In this document: piece after piece, positions 51,060 to 62,542 of the stretch
How positions within the stretch are numbered: the stretch's first letter is position 1
Layout of the letters: each line of letters opens with the position of its first letter
Assembly (NCBI GenBank): GCA_976551045.1
Contig: CDPCPM010000125.1
Coordinates: 62,001-126,000, forward strand
DNA length: 64,000 nucleotides
Direction: 5' to 3'
Source of the DNA: Glaucostegus cemiculus
Taxonomy: Eukaryota
The notes under the pieces: model-generated
Told to the model about the DNA's origin: nothing
Database searches by the model: none
What the model saw: only the letters and a program-made list of their open reading frames with translations
Translations under genes and position numbers: made by a program

Positions 51060-53240
51060 AACACATGGCATCCATGGAGACCTGGTCGACTGGATTCGAA
51101 ATCGGCTTGACAATGGGAGACCACGAGTACTGATGGAGGGTGCAGTTCAGATTGGTCTGTGTCCAGTGGGGTTCCACAGGGATCAGTGCTGGAACGTCTG
51201 TCGGTGATTTGTAAATATCTGAGACGAAAGCACAAGCAGGCTGATTAGTAAATTTGCAGACAATAAGAAAATTGGCGGGGAGGTGTACAGGGGGGAAGGA
51301 TGTCAAAAATGTAAAGCATTTGGAAAGATGCGCAGAGAAGTAGCAAATAGAATTTAATCCTGAGCAACACGAGACGTTGCACATTGGGATCTGAAATATT
51401 GTTGGAAAGTATGCAATCAATTATACGGATCGTAAGGAGTATTGATGTTCAGAGGGATCTCGGGGTGTAAATCCATAGGTCCCTGGAAGTGATAACGTCA
51501 GCAGTGTCGGTGGTAATGAAGCCGTACGGGATACTTGCCTTACAGGACAGTGCTTTGAGTATAAACGCTTGGAAGTTATGTGGCAGATACAAATGACTTT
51601 GACTGGGCCACAATTGGAATGTTGTGCGAAGTTGTGCTCTCCGATTACAGGAGCGATGTGGAGGTTTTGGGAAGTGGGCAAAGAGGTTCACATGGATGCT
51701 GCCTGGATTCGAGAACATTAGCTATAACGATAGGTTGGACAAACTTGGAATCTTTTACTCTGGAGCGGCGGAGGACGAACAGCCGTCTCTGTCCAGGGCG
51801 GGATGTTGAGTTGCCAGTTCTGCCCTTCCTTAAGCCACGTCCCACCGACCGCAGCAACTCCACATTCCCATGCGCTGACCAATGCCATCAAGTTGATCTG
51901 CCTCACCAGTCAGACCCCTTGCACTTAACACCCTGCAATTCAGCCATTGCATCCTTTCACACGTATTGTCACACTGACGTCTGCTCTGCCTCCTCGAACG
52001 ACCTAGTGTTTCTATGGATGACTGACCCTCACTACAACTGTACACCTACTCTGTGTCCCACCCGCTGCCAAATTAAGTTCGAACCTCCCCAACAGCACGA
52101 GCGACGCCACCCACCGCCCCAGTAGGAATATTGGACCAGTTAAGCTGCAACGCTTCCTGCTGGTACAGATTCCACCTGACGCAGAAAATGTCTCAATGAT
52201 CTAAAGGCCCCCAAAATCCGCCAACCACCTAATTCTCTCCCTCCTCTCCCTTCCCTGCAGACACACAGTTCTGCTGACCTGTCTGTCCTTTCCTATGGTT
52301 ACCAGCGGGTGGCTCTGGCAGTAATCCAGAGAGGACAACCTCAGAGGTCCCTCTCTTTAATCTGCTCCCTAACTCCCTACGTTCACGGTGCTGGACCAAT
52401 AACAAGGTGAGTGGTAGGAGATATAAAGGGGTTCTGAGGGGTATTTTCTTTACACAGAGAGTGTTTTATATCCGGAACGCTCTGCGAGAGGAGGTGGTGG
52501 AATCAGATAAATCACTACATTAAAGAGACATTTAGACCAACGCCTGAATAAGCAAGACAGTAAGAGAAAAAGAGCGAATGCGGGCGTGGAGCAAAGTAGA
52601 TGAGTGAAAATGTCGGCCTGAAGCGGTGGACCAAAGGGCCCGTTTCTGTGCTGTACAACTCCATAATTCAATGACTCTATGAGCTCAACCCCTTTTCTAC
52701 CCGTGGCGCTAGTGCCGACCTGTATCACGGCCACTGACTGTTCACTCTCGCCATTCAGCCGCTCTACGACATCACATCCCGGCACCAGGAAGCGAAAGTC
52801 CTGTTCGAGTCTCGTTCGTAGCTGCAGAAACAACTCGCTGCTTTCCCTACAACTGAAACCCTGTCACCCCCAACCAAGCAGGCCCATGCGCAGCAGAGCC
52901 AATCGAGTTATTACAAACTTGAATTTTGTTGCTTTCCGATAGGAGGCTATTTCCCTGCTCCGCCAGCAGTACCTAAGGCGTTATAACTGTTTAAGAGGGG
53001 AATGGTTACCGAGAACTCTCCCACTACCTGCCCACACATACCACTCCCCCCAGAGTCCCAGGCTATGAATAAACAAGGAAACGTGATGTTGAATCTTTAT
53101 AAAAAACTGAGCCTGCCTCACCTGGACTATTGTGTTCGATTCTGGGAAGGGTGTGAACACGTTCGAGAGGGTCCAGAAAAGATTTTCAAGAATGGTTGCT
53201 CGGGTGAGAGACTGTAGTTACAAGGGCCGATTAGAGGCTG
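51060..53240. mobile_element. CR1 fragment mosaic (paralog)
   Basis: Colinear homology. Confidence 0.72.
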
Positions 53241-53837
53241 CAACTGTGTTCTGTGAAGAAGAGAGGAAAGAGGGGGGATCTGACCGAAGAGCAGGAGATA
53301 ATGAGGCGCCTGGACAGATTGGAGAGCGGGCAGCAGTGCCCTCTGGCGGCCTAGTCGAGCATGGGTTGTCACAGGAATCAAATAACTGAAGAGTGATGTG
53401 AAGGGAAATCATGTGGTCAGAATCAGGAAGGCGCCGCCTACAGATGTGGGAGAGGCAGGTTCTAATGTGACCGTCAGAAGGGAATCGGATGAGCATACAG
53501 TGGGAATGATTCGGAGAAAGTGCCAGTGGGTGGAAGGAAGGTGCTCTGGCAGAGAGCCGAAATGGACATGTTAAAGCCGGAGAGACATCGAGTTACTCAG
53601 CACTGAAACAGGCTCTTCGGCCCCAATCACCCACGGACCTAACTTTTGTGTGATCTGGTCAGCTCTCTGTCTCTCCCAAACGTAGAAGCAGATCCTCGGT
53701 CTCTTTTAGAAATATGCCTTTAGTGATAATTATCAATAAAGTGATGAAATCCCCGGAAACTGTCTTTTCAGATAGTTTGCGTCTGTCTGGTCTGTCCAGA
53801 ACAACTGCTCATTCCCCCATTGTATTATCGGGTTTAG

Positions 53838-54930
53838 TTCAGAAGAGTTCATTGTCATATTCATGAGTCGTGTGAAGCTGAAAGAGTTCACAGTCGTCAT
53901 TATAATAAACACAACAATAAAGACAAGAAGAAACACTTTGAGCGCAAAACAGCAGAATGGTCCAAACTGAAGAGGTGCAAAATGAAATGCTGAGGTGACA
54001 ATAACGGCAGAGGTAGAATTCAAAGTTCAAAAACGTGGCTGCAGCACCGGGAAGGGGATGTGAAAGAGCTGGTTGGTTCAGGGTTCTGAACGCAGTGGGG
54101 AAGAAGCTGTTCTTGATTTTGGTTGTCCGGGATTTCAAGCGCCCGTGTCTTCTCCTCGTAGGCAGGAGAGAGAAGGGAATGGCCCGGTTGGTAGGCACTC
54201 TTGACGATGCCGTTCGCCTTCCCGATGCAACGCACCACGAAGGTGGTCTGCATGGAAGGAAGTGAATCTGTGACGGACCGGGCAGTTTTACCGTTCTCTG
54301 CCGGTTCCGTCGGTCGAGAGCAGAGCAGGTGCCGTCCCAGGCTGAGGTGTAACCTATCGGGATGGTTTCTGTAGCCCATTGTAAAAGTTAGAGAGAATCC
54401 TCGTGGACAGGCCGAATCTTCTCAGCATCTTCAAAGAATCTTCTAAGAAAGTAAATACGTCGATGCACTTTCCTGATCACCGCATTAGTGTGGCGGAGAC
54501 CCGGAGACGTTGCTTGCGATACGGATGTCTCGGATTTAGAAACTGTCGACCATCTCTGCAGCAGCTCTGTTGATGAGGACAGGGCTGTGTTCACGCACGT
54601 CCGCTTTCCTTACGTCAACAACAGGTCTTTCTCTTGCCGATGATAGGGAGTAGGTTGTTATTCTGGCAGCATAACAGAAGGTTTACGATGTTTCCTGTAC
54701 TCTGTCTCATCATTGCTGATCCGGCTGATAACAGAGGTGTCACCGGCGAAATTGAAAATCCATTTGGCACTGCATTTGGCCTCACGAGTATGGGTGTACA
54801 GGAAGTCGAGTAGGGAACTGAGCACTCCACATTGGGGAGCACTCTGGACTGGCTGACCGCCTTCTGGACTCTGACCACACTCGGGCCAGAGTCCAGAAGG
54901 CGGTCAGCAAGTCCAGAAGCCAGTTCCGAT
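53838..54930 (-). mobile_element. Rex1/Babar-type LINE remnant (paralog)
   Basis: Near-identical to 16390-17480. Confidence 0.72.
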
Positions 54931-55499
54931 GGAAGACCGTTGCATACAGAGGAAAATGAAGTGGTTTGTTTTGCAGGTGTAATATTAGACAAGAACGTTA
55001 ATTCCATCGAATTCTGGTGTTGAATCACAGGCGATTAATTGTCTATTAGAAAATCTGGTCATTTGGACGCAGGTTAAGGAACGAGAATTGAAAAATGTAA
55101 TTCCTTTACATGTATCATACTGCAAGACATAACATGAGATACCTGTCCAATTTGCAGTATACAACCAGTTTTACACACACATTGACTTAACTTCAATGCT
55201 ATCCTCTTCTCAACCATCCACTTGCCTCTGTGTCCCAACTCACCACTAGCACCCCTCCTCCCCACAACGGGTTCGATTTGCACGTTGTCCTTCACCCTTG
55301 CTCGGTCAACTAATCCCTCTGACCCCTATCTAACTCCTCGCCTCTTCCTTATATTGTCAAGTTCCACTCCACGCTTAGTCCTGATGCACGGCAATTATAT
55401 ACCCGTGGAACAGCTGGGAGGTGGACAGAAGCAGTTTCCATGCATGGCTGGATATAATTGAAAGTCATTCTTGGTCTGCGTGCGTTGGATTTGTCAGGT

Positions 55500-55571
55500 T
55501 CCCTGGTGGTCTAGTGGTTAGGATTCGGCGCTCTCACCGCCGCGGCCCGGGTTCGATTCCCGGCCGGGGAA
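55500..55571 (+). tRNA. tRNA-Glu(CTC), probably functional
   Basis: Same sequence as 18051-18122. Confidence 0.85.
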
Positions 55572-56751
55572 GTGTGTTTTGGCAACTGGAATTCGTCAGA
55601 ATCTTCGGAGCTGCAGCCACTGGTCCAGCATCAGCTCTGCTGACACAGGGCTTCTGCCGGCAGAATGATCAAGGTATCTTCCACTTCGCTGTGAAGCTCA
55701 GGGACAGGCTAGCGAATATTAGAATGCATAAGTCGAGTTGATTTTTATCCACTCTGACCAAATAGAAACGGGAACTGATCTCAGCCATGAATGAAGTGTG
55801 ACGCCACCGAGTCGGCTCAAGCGTAGAGATGTCACTGGACGTACGACTGATCAGAGGTTACAATTTGACTTGGTTGATTTGCCAATCTGCACACTGCTTC
55901 AGTCCCCTGAGCTGATATCTTGTAAAAGGAGCCCATTCACAGTAAACCAGTCTGTCCCCTGAGAACAACTTCCGAATTCATCGGACGAAACCAGGCAATC
56001 TTACGGGAATACAGAGCGATGGTATACAGTGCACACAATAGCGGGAAATGTAATGCCTGCTCATGGTACATCTGGAACGGCTCGGCGGCAGTGCTTGCAG
56101 CCGTGTCCGCCTGCGGCCCTGCATGCTGTGTGTGTGCGCCATTTCAGATCGGGTCAACTGGAGATTGTCAGATGTTGGCGTCGACATCTGGCGAGTGATC
56201 ATTGAATAAACATCGTCTGTGCCCGTCAGTTTATGTCAAGCAAAATTTAAAAATTAAATTATAGGAAATCTCGGGGAGAATAGAAAGTATAGCAGAAGAA
56301 AGATCTTTGATTGTCAAAAGGTGACTTAATCGGACACGGCCATTTGAAATAAAAAGCGGAAAGGGCCTGTCCGTAACATGAAAGAAAGGCATGGCGTTAT
56401 TTCAACTGCACATGTACTGAAGGTATTGCAGCAATTAAGAAGGCAGGGCAAAGTGCTGATGAGCTTGACGTGAAGATGTGGGAAAAGGACGATTCTCTCA
56501 GTTGATTGTCAATGGTAGTTGGTTGAGGCGATATTGGCGAAGCACCTTTGAACCTTGTGTATGTTGAGAATGGAGGTGGCTTCGCTTGCAGCTGGAGTGA
56601 AACGATGAGATCAGTGTCCATTTGGCCGGGGCGAATTTAGCTGCCTGTACGTCTGCCGGGACTTGAAGAGAAAATCATTTTGGATAATTATTTTCTGACT
56701 TGTGAGCTTGGCAAAGAGAATGTTAGTGAGCTGTGGTGAATTAAATCAGAT

Positions 56752-56823
56752 TCCCTGGTGGTCCAGTGGTCAGGATTCGAAGCTTTCACCGCCGCGGCCC
56801 GGGTTCTATTCCCGGTTAGGGAA
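56752..56823 (+). pseudogene. tRNA-Glu(TTC) pseudogene
   Basis: Paralog of 19304; broken B box. Confidence 0.78.
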
Positions 56824-57727
56824 GTAAGTTTTGAAAGCTGCGACGAGGTAAGTTTGAGAACCTTCATCTGCAGCACAAACCAGCGATATATCAATCAACG
56901 TCTCTCTGGATACAGTGAAAACGGCCTCCTCCGCCGAGTGAGCAGGCTTCCTTGCAGGAATCAGGCTTCCTTGACTGTAAATCAGTGGCAGAGTTGATAG
57001 AATGTACCCCAAGATGAATAACGTCCCATCCAGCTCGTATCCGTCGCCCTCATCTTTCAATCAGTCAGCTGCAGTCGCGACCCATTGGACAGTCGCTAAA
57101 TAACAGAGTCAATCGAAGGCGATTGCATTTTGGAAAGAAACAGGAGCACAGGTTGAAAGAGTTGAGGGCTAACCACTTCAAGGTGAAGATTGTTAGAAGG
57201 CAGAGAAGATATCACAGTCATGATAAATGTACGCTTGGGGGCGTGGGATAAACAGCTACAGTGAACTCAAATCATCAATCATCAGAAATGTGTATGTGGG
57301 GTGAAAGGAATGCCTGTCCTTCTATCTTTTTGTCAGCAAGCTGTGATGCGGCCGCGACCAATAAAGAAAGAGCAAAATGTTCTCTCGCGACAGAGGTTGC
57401 ATTCGATTGGAGAAAAGAAAAAATCCCTGACTGGAACGTAAAGCGTTTTTGAGGAAAGATTTTTGAGGAAAACCAGTCAGTGTCGAAATTAGGATTTGTC
57501 AAGAGCATGATTCTTCACTGTGGGTGTTTTAGTTTGAAAGACAGAGTGATTGAGAAACAGCCTGAGCCATATTTTCATGGCAGGACGCTTTGCAGTCAGG
57601 CTGCTGTTCTCGCACGACCACTATTTTGCCCGAGGAACTGCTGGGAGGAGGATAGAAAACATTTTCTGTGGCTGGCTGCATATAAATGAATGCCATTCTT
57701 GTTCTGCGTGCGGTATATTCATCAGAT

Positions 57728-57799
57728 TCCCTGGTGGTCTAGTGGTTAGGATGCGGCGCTCTCACCGCCGCGGCCCGGGTTCGATTCCCGGCCAGGGAA
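57728..57799 (+). tRNA. tRNA-Glu(CTC), probably functional
   Basis: Same sequence as 20280-20351. Confidence 0.85.
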
Positions 57800-58739
57800 G
57801 TGTGTTTTTGCAACTGGAACCAGTCGGAGTCTTGGGAGAAAGCAGCCACTGGTCCACCATCAGATTTGTTGACACAGGACTACTGCCGCCGAATGAACAA
57901 GTTATGTTCCACTTCGCAGTGAAACTCCTGGACAGGCAAGCGGGTATTAGAATCCATAAGTCGAGTTGGTTTTTATCCACTTTGACCAAGTAAAAACTCG
58001 TTCAGACCTCAACCATGAACGAGGTGTGATGCCAACTGGACGTCGTAAGCGTAGAGATGTCACTGGAGGTACGGCTGATCAGCCTGCAAAATTTGACTGC
58101 TCTGCTTTGGGAGTCTGGAGGCTGCTTCCGACTCCCGAGCCGAGATCTTGTAAAAGGGAGTCTTTTCACGGTAAATCAGTCTGTGCCCTGACAATTCCTC
58201 TGAAACCACCGGGGTAAAACGCTCAATATTAAAGGAGCAAAGTACAATGGTGCGCATTGCACCCAATAGCGGGAAATGTAACGCCTGCTCATGCTATATC
58301 GGCGGCAGTTCTTGCAGGCGATCCAGCCCGGGGCCCTGCACAGCGGAAAAGGCCTGTCCGTACCATGAACGAAATGCATGGCGTAGTTTCAGCTACTCAT
58401 GTACAATAGATATCTCAGCAATGAAGAAGGCAGGGCAGACGTGCTGATGATCTTAAGCAGAAGATGTAGGAAAAGGAATATTCCTCAGTTGTTTGTCAGT
58501 GGTAGTTGGTTTAGACGGTATTGGTGACTGAGGATTGTAGCGAAGCAGCTTTGACCCTTGTTTATGTTGAGAATGGAGGTGGCTTCTCTTGCAGCTGGAG
58601 TGAAAAGATGAGATGAGCGTCCATTTGACCTGGGTGAATTCTGTTGTGACGTGTTGAGATAATCATTTTGAATACTTGTTTTCTGATTTGTGAGCCTAGC
58701 AAAGAGAATGTTGGTGAGCTGTGGTGAATTCAGACAGAT

Positions 58740-58810
58740 TCCATGGTGGTCTAGTGGTCAGGATTTGGTGCTTTTACCGCGGTGGACCGGTTCGATTCCC
58801 GGTCAGGGAA
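58740..58810 (+). pseudogene. tRNA-Glu-derived pseudogene (TTT)
   Basis: Paralog of 21292. Confidence 0.75.
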
Positions 58811-59689
58811 GTAAGTTTTGGGAACTGCGACATGTGATAATTTCCAGAGACTTCATCAACACCACAAACCAGCGATATATCAACCAACGTCTCTTCTGGA
58901 TGCAGTGAGCACGGCATCGTCCACGGAGTGAGCCTTCTAACTTGCAGCATACTGGCCTCCCTGCATGGAAGTGAGTAGCTGAGTTGATAGAATTTGCTCA
59001 AAGATCAACCAGCTCTCACTTAACTCGTATCCGTCGCCCTCAGCTTTCAATCAGTGAACCGTAGTCGCGACCCATTAGACAGTCGCTAAATAACAGAGTA
59101 AATCTTACGTGCTTGTGACTTGGAAGGAAACAGGTGCACAGATTGAAAGACTTGAGGGCCAGCAATGTGAAGGTGAAGATTATCAGATGGCAGAGAAGAT
59201 ATCGCAATTATGATTAATGGTGGGGTGGGGTAACCAGCCGCGGTGAATTCAAATCACCAACCACCAGAAATGTCAACATGACGTGAAATGAATGCCTGTC
59301 GTTTTTTTCATTTTTGGAAGCAAGGCGTGATGCGGCCCCTAAGAAAAATGAGAGAAATGTTCTCTAGCTCAGGAGGTTTCATTGGATTGGAGAGCAGGAT
59401 AAATCTCTGACTGGAATGCGAATGAAAGGTTTTTGAGCACAGCTTGTCAGAGTCGAGATGAGGATTTGACGAGAGCAGGTTCCTTCACTGTGTTTGTTTG
59501 AAAGAAAGTGTAATTGAGAAAGAGCCTGAGACAAATTTCCATGCAGGATGCTTTGCACTCGCGCTGCTGCCCACACAAGACAATTAAATTTCCCGAGGAA
59601 CTGCTGGGAAGTGGAAAGAAATCCCTTTCTATGATTGGCTGGATATAAATGAAAGCCATTCTTGGTCTGCGTACGTTGTATTGTCAGGA

Positions 59690-59761
59690 TCACCGGTGGT
59701 CTAGTGGTTAGGATTCGGCGCTTTCACCCTCGCGGTCCGGGTTCGATTCCCGGCCAGGGAA
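59690..59761 (+). pseudogene. tRNA-Glu(TTC) degenerate copy in CTC-type flanks
   Basis: Leader and trailer are CTC-type but the anticodon reads TTC; stem mismatches. Confidence 0.75.
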
Positions 59762-60848
59762 CCTTGTTTTGGCAACTGGAACCAGTCATAGTCTTCGGAA
59801 CCACAGCCACTGGACTGCCATCAGATTTGCGATCCCAGGGATTGTGCCAGCAGAATGATTAACGTTGCTTCCAATTCGCTGCGAAGCTCTCGGATAGGCA
59901 AGCGAGAATGAGAATGCGTAACTCGAGTTGATTTTGACCAAACACACCATTTTGACCAAATATAAACTGGCTCCGATCTCAGCCATGAATGAGGTGTGAT
60001 GCCAGCGAGACGTCACAAGCGTAGAGATTCTACTGGAAGTACGGCTGATCAGCTGGCACAATTTGACTGGATTGTTTTATTTGCGAATCTGCAGGTTTCT
60101 TCCGACCCCTCAGCCGGTACCTTGCAGAAGTGAGCCCTTTCACTTTACGTCAGGCTGTGCACTGAGAATTCCTTCCGAATCCATCGGACTGAACCACGCA
60201 ATCCGAAGGGACCAAAGGGCAATGTTGTACAGTGCACCTGATAGCGGGATAAGTATCGCCTGCTCATGCTATCTCTGAATCCTTCAGGTGAAGACAACAA
60301 GTAAAATCATAGATGATTTTTCGGAAATATCATGGAGAAGATGGAAATAGAGAGAGAATTAAGATTTTTTGATTGTCGGCAGGTGATGTAATCGGATCCG
60401 GCGATTTGAAATAGAGCAGGAGAAAGGGTCTACCCGAAACATGACAGAAATGCATTGAGTATTTTCTACTGCGCATGTGCAGAATGTATCACAACAATAA
60501 GCAAGATAGGGAAACATGCTCATGAACGTGAAAATGTCAAAAGTGGATGTGAAAATGTCAGAAAAGAAAGATTTTCTCAGTTGATTGTCAATGGTAGTTG
60601 GTTGAGAGACGATATTGGCGACTGAGGATTCCAGCGAAGCAGCTTTGGCCCTTGTGTATGTTGAGAATGGAGGTGGCTTCGCTTGCAGCTGGAGTGAAAA
60701 GATGAATTCAATGTCCACGTGGCTGGGGTGAATTTAGCTGTCTGTAGGTCTGCTGGGACATCATGCGAAAATCATTTTTAATACCTGTTTTCTGACTTGA
60801 GAGCCAGGCAAAGAGAATCTCGGTGAACTGTGGTGCTTTCAGTCAGTT

Positions 60849-60920
60849 TCCCTGGGGGTCTAGTGCTTAGGATTCGGCGCTTTCACTGCCGCGGCGCGGG
60901 TTCGATTCCCTGCCAGGGAA
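60849..60920 (+). pseudogene. tRNA-Glu(TTC) pseudogene
   Basis: Paralog of 22442 with further A-box changes. Confidence 0.76.
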
Positions 60921-62123
60921 GAGTGTTTTGGCAACTGGAACCAGAAAGAATCTTAAGAGCCAGCAGCCACTTGTCCACCATCAGATCTGCTGACACAGGG
61001 CTTCTACTGGCAGAACGACCAAGGTATCTTCCACTTCGTTGTGAAGCTCCTGGACGGACAAGCCAGTATCAGAATTCATAAGTCGCGTCTATTTATATCC
61101 ACTTTGACCAAATAAAAACTCAAACCGTTCCCATCTGTGAATGAGGTGTGATGCCACATAGTGGTCGCAAGCGTAGAGATGCCACTGGACGTACGGCTGA
61201 TCAGCGGGCACAATTTGACTGGATTGCTTGGTCTGCGAATCTGAAGGCTGCTTCGGACTCCTGAGCCGAGTTCTTTCAAAAGGAAACCTTTTCACGGTAA
61301 ATCAGGCTGTGCCCTGAGAATTCCTTCAGAAAGCATTGGGCTAAACCACGCAATCCTAAGGGACCAAAGCCCAATGTTGTCCAGTACATCCAATAACGGG
61401 AAATGTAATGACTGGTCATGCTATATCGGCACTGCTCGGCGGCAGTTCTTGCAGGCGTGCCGGCCTGGGACCCTGCTTGTTTTGTGCCACTTCAGTTCGG
61501 GCAATTGGAGATTGTCAGCTGATGGCGTCGACACCTGGTGAATGATCATTGAATAAACACCGTCTGTGCCCGTCAGTTTAAGACAACAAGCAAAATTCAC
61601 AAATTGAGTTGTAGGAAATCTCGGGGAGAATCTAGAAAGTAGAGCAGGAAAAAGAGTTTTGATTGTCGAAAGGTGACATAATCGTAAACGGCCGTTTGAA
61701 ATAAAACAGCGGAAAGGGCCTGTCCGTAACATGAACGAAATGCATGGCGTTGATTCATCTGCGCATGTACAGAAGGTATCGCAGCAATCAAGAAGGCAGG
61801 GCAACCGTGCTGATGATGTTAAGGTAAAAAGTGGTAAAGGGAAGATTGCCTCTGTTGATTGTCAATGGTAGTTTTTTTTTAAGACGATATTGGCGACTGA
61901 GGATTCCAGCGAAGCAGCTTTGAACCGGTGTATGCTGAAAATGGAGGTGTCTTCGCTTGCAGCTTGGGTGAAAAGATGAGATCAGTGTCCATTTGGCTGG
62001 GGTGAATTTAGCTGCCTGTACGTCTGCTGGGACGTGATGAGAAAAATCAATTTGAATGCTGGTTTTCTGATTTGTGAGCTAGGCAAATAGAACGTTGGTG
62101 AGCTGTGGTGATTTCAGACAGAT

Positions 62124-62195
62124 TCCCTGGTGGTCTATTGGTTAGGATTCAGCGCTTTCACAGCCGCGGCCCGGGTTGGATTACCGGCCAGGGAA
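62124..62195 (+). pseudogene. tRNA-Glu(TTC) pseudogene
   Basis: Paralog of 23716. Confidence 0.78.
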
Positions 62196-62496
62196 GTTAC
62201 TTTTGGAAGCTGTGACAAGTGACAAGTGATAACTTTCGGAATCTTCATCTGCACCAGAAACCAGTGATTTGTCAGTCAACGTCTCTTCTGGATACAGTCA
62301 GCACGGCGTGATCTTATTGAAGAGTGGAGCGGGTCGAGCTCTAGACTGATCTCCTCCTGTGGTGTTTCTGTGGTTTTGATCGGTTTTCTATATTAGTAAC
62401 GATGTATGTCGATGTGAGACCAGTCAGGGTCCCAATGCCATCTGAAAAAAAATGAAAGGATCTAACATTAAATCAGAGAAAATTATCTCTCTTTCT

Positions 62497-62542
62497 CCGC
62501 GGCTGTGAGAGCACCGAATCCTAACCACGAGGCCACCAGGGA
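62497..62542 (-). pseudogene. 5' fragment of tRNA-Glu(CTC) inside an inverted segment
   Basis: Paralog of 24082-24127. Confidence 0.8.
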
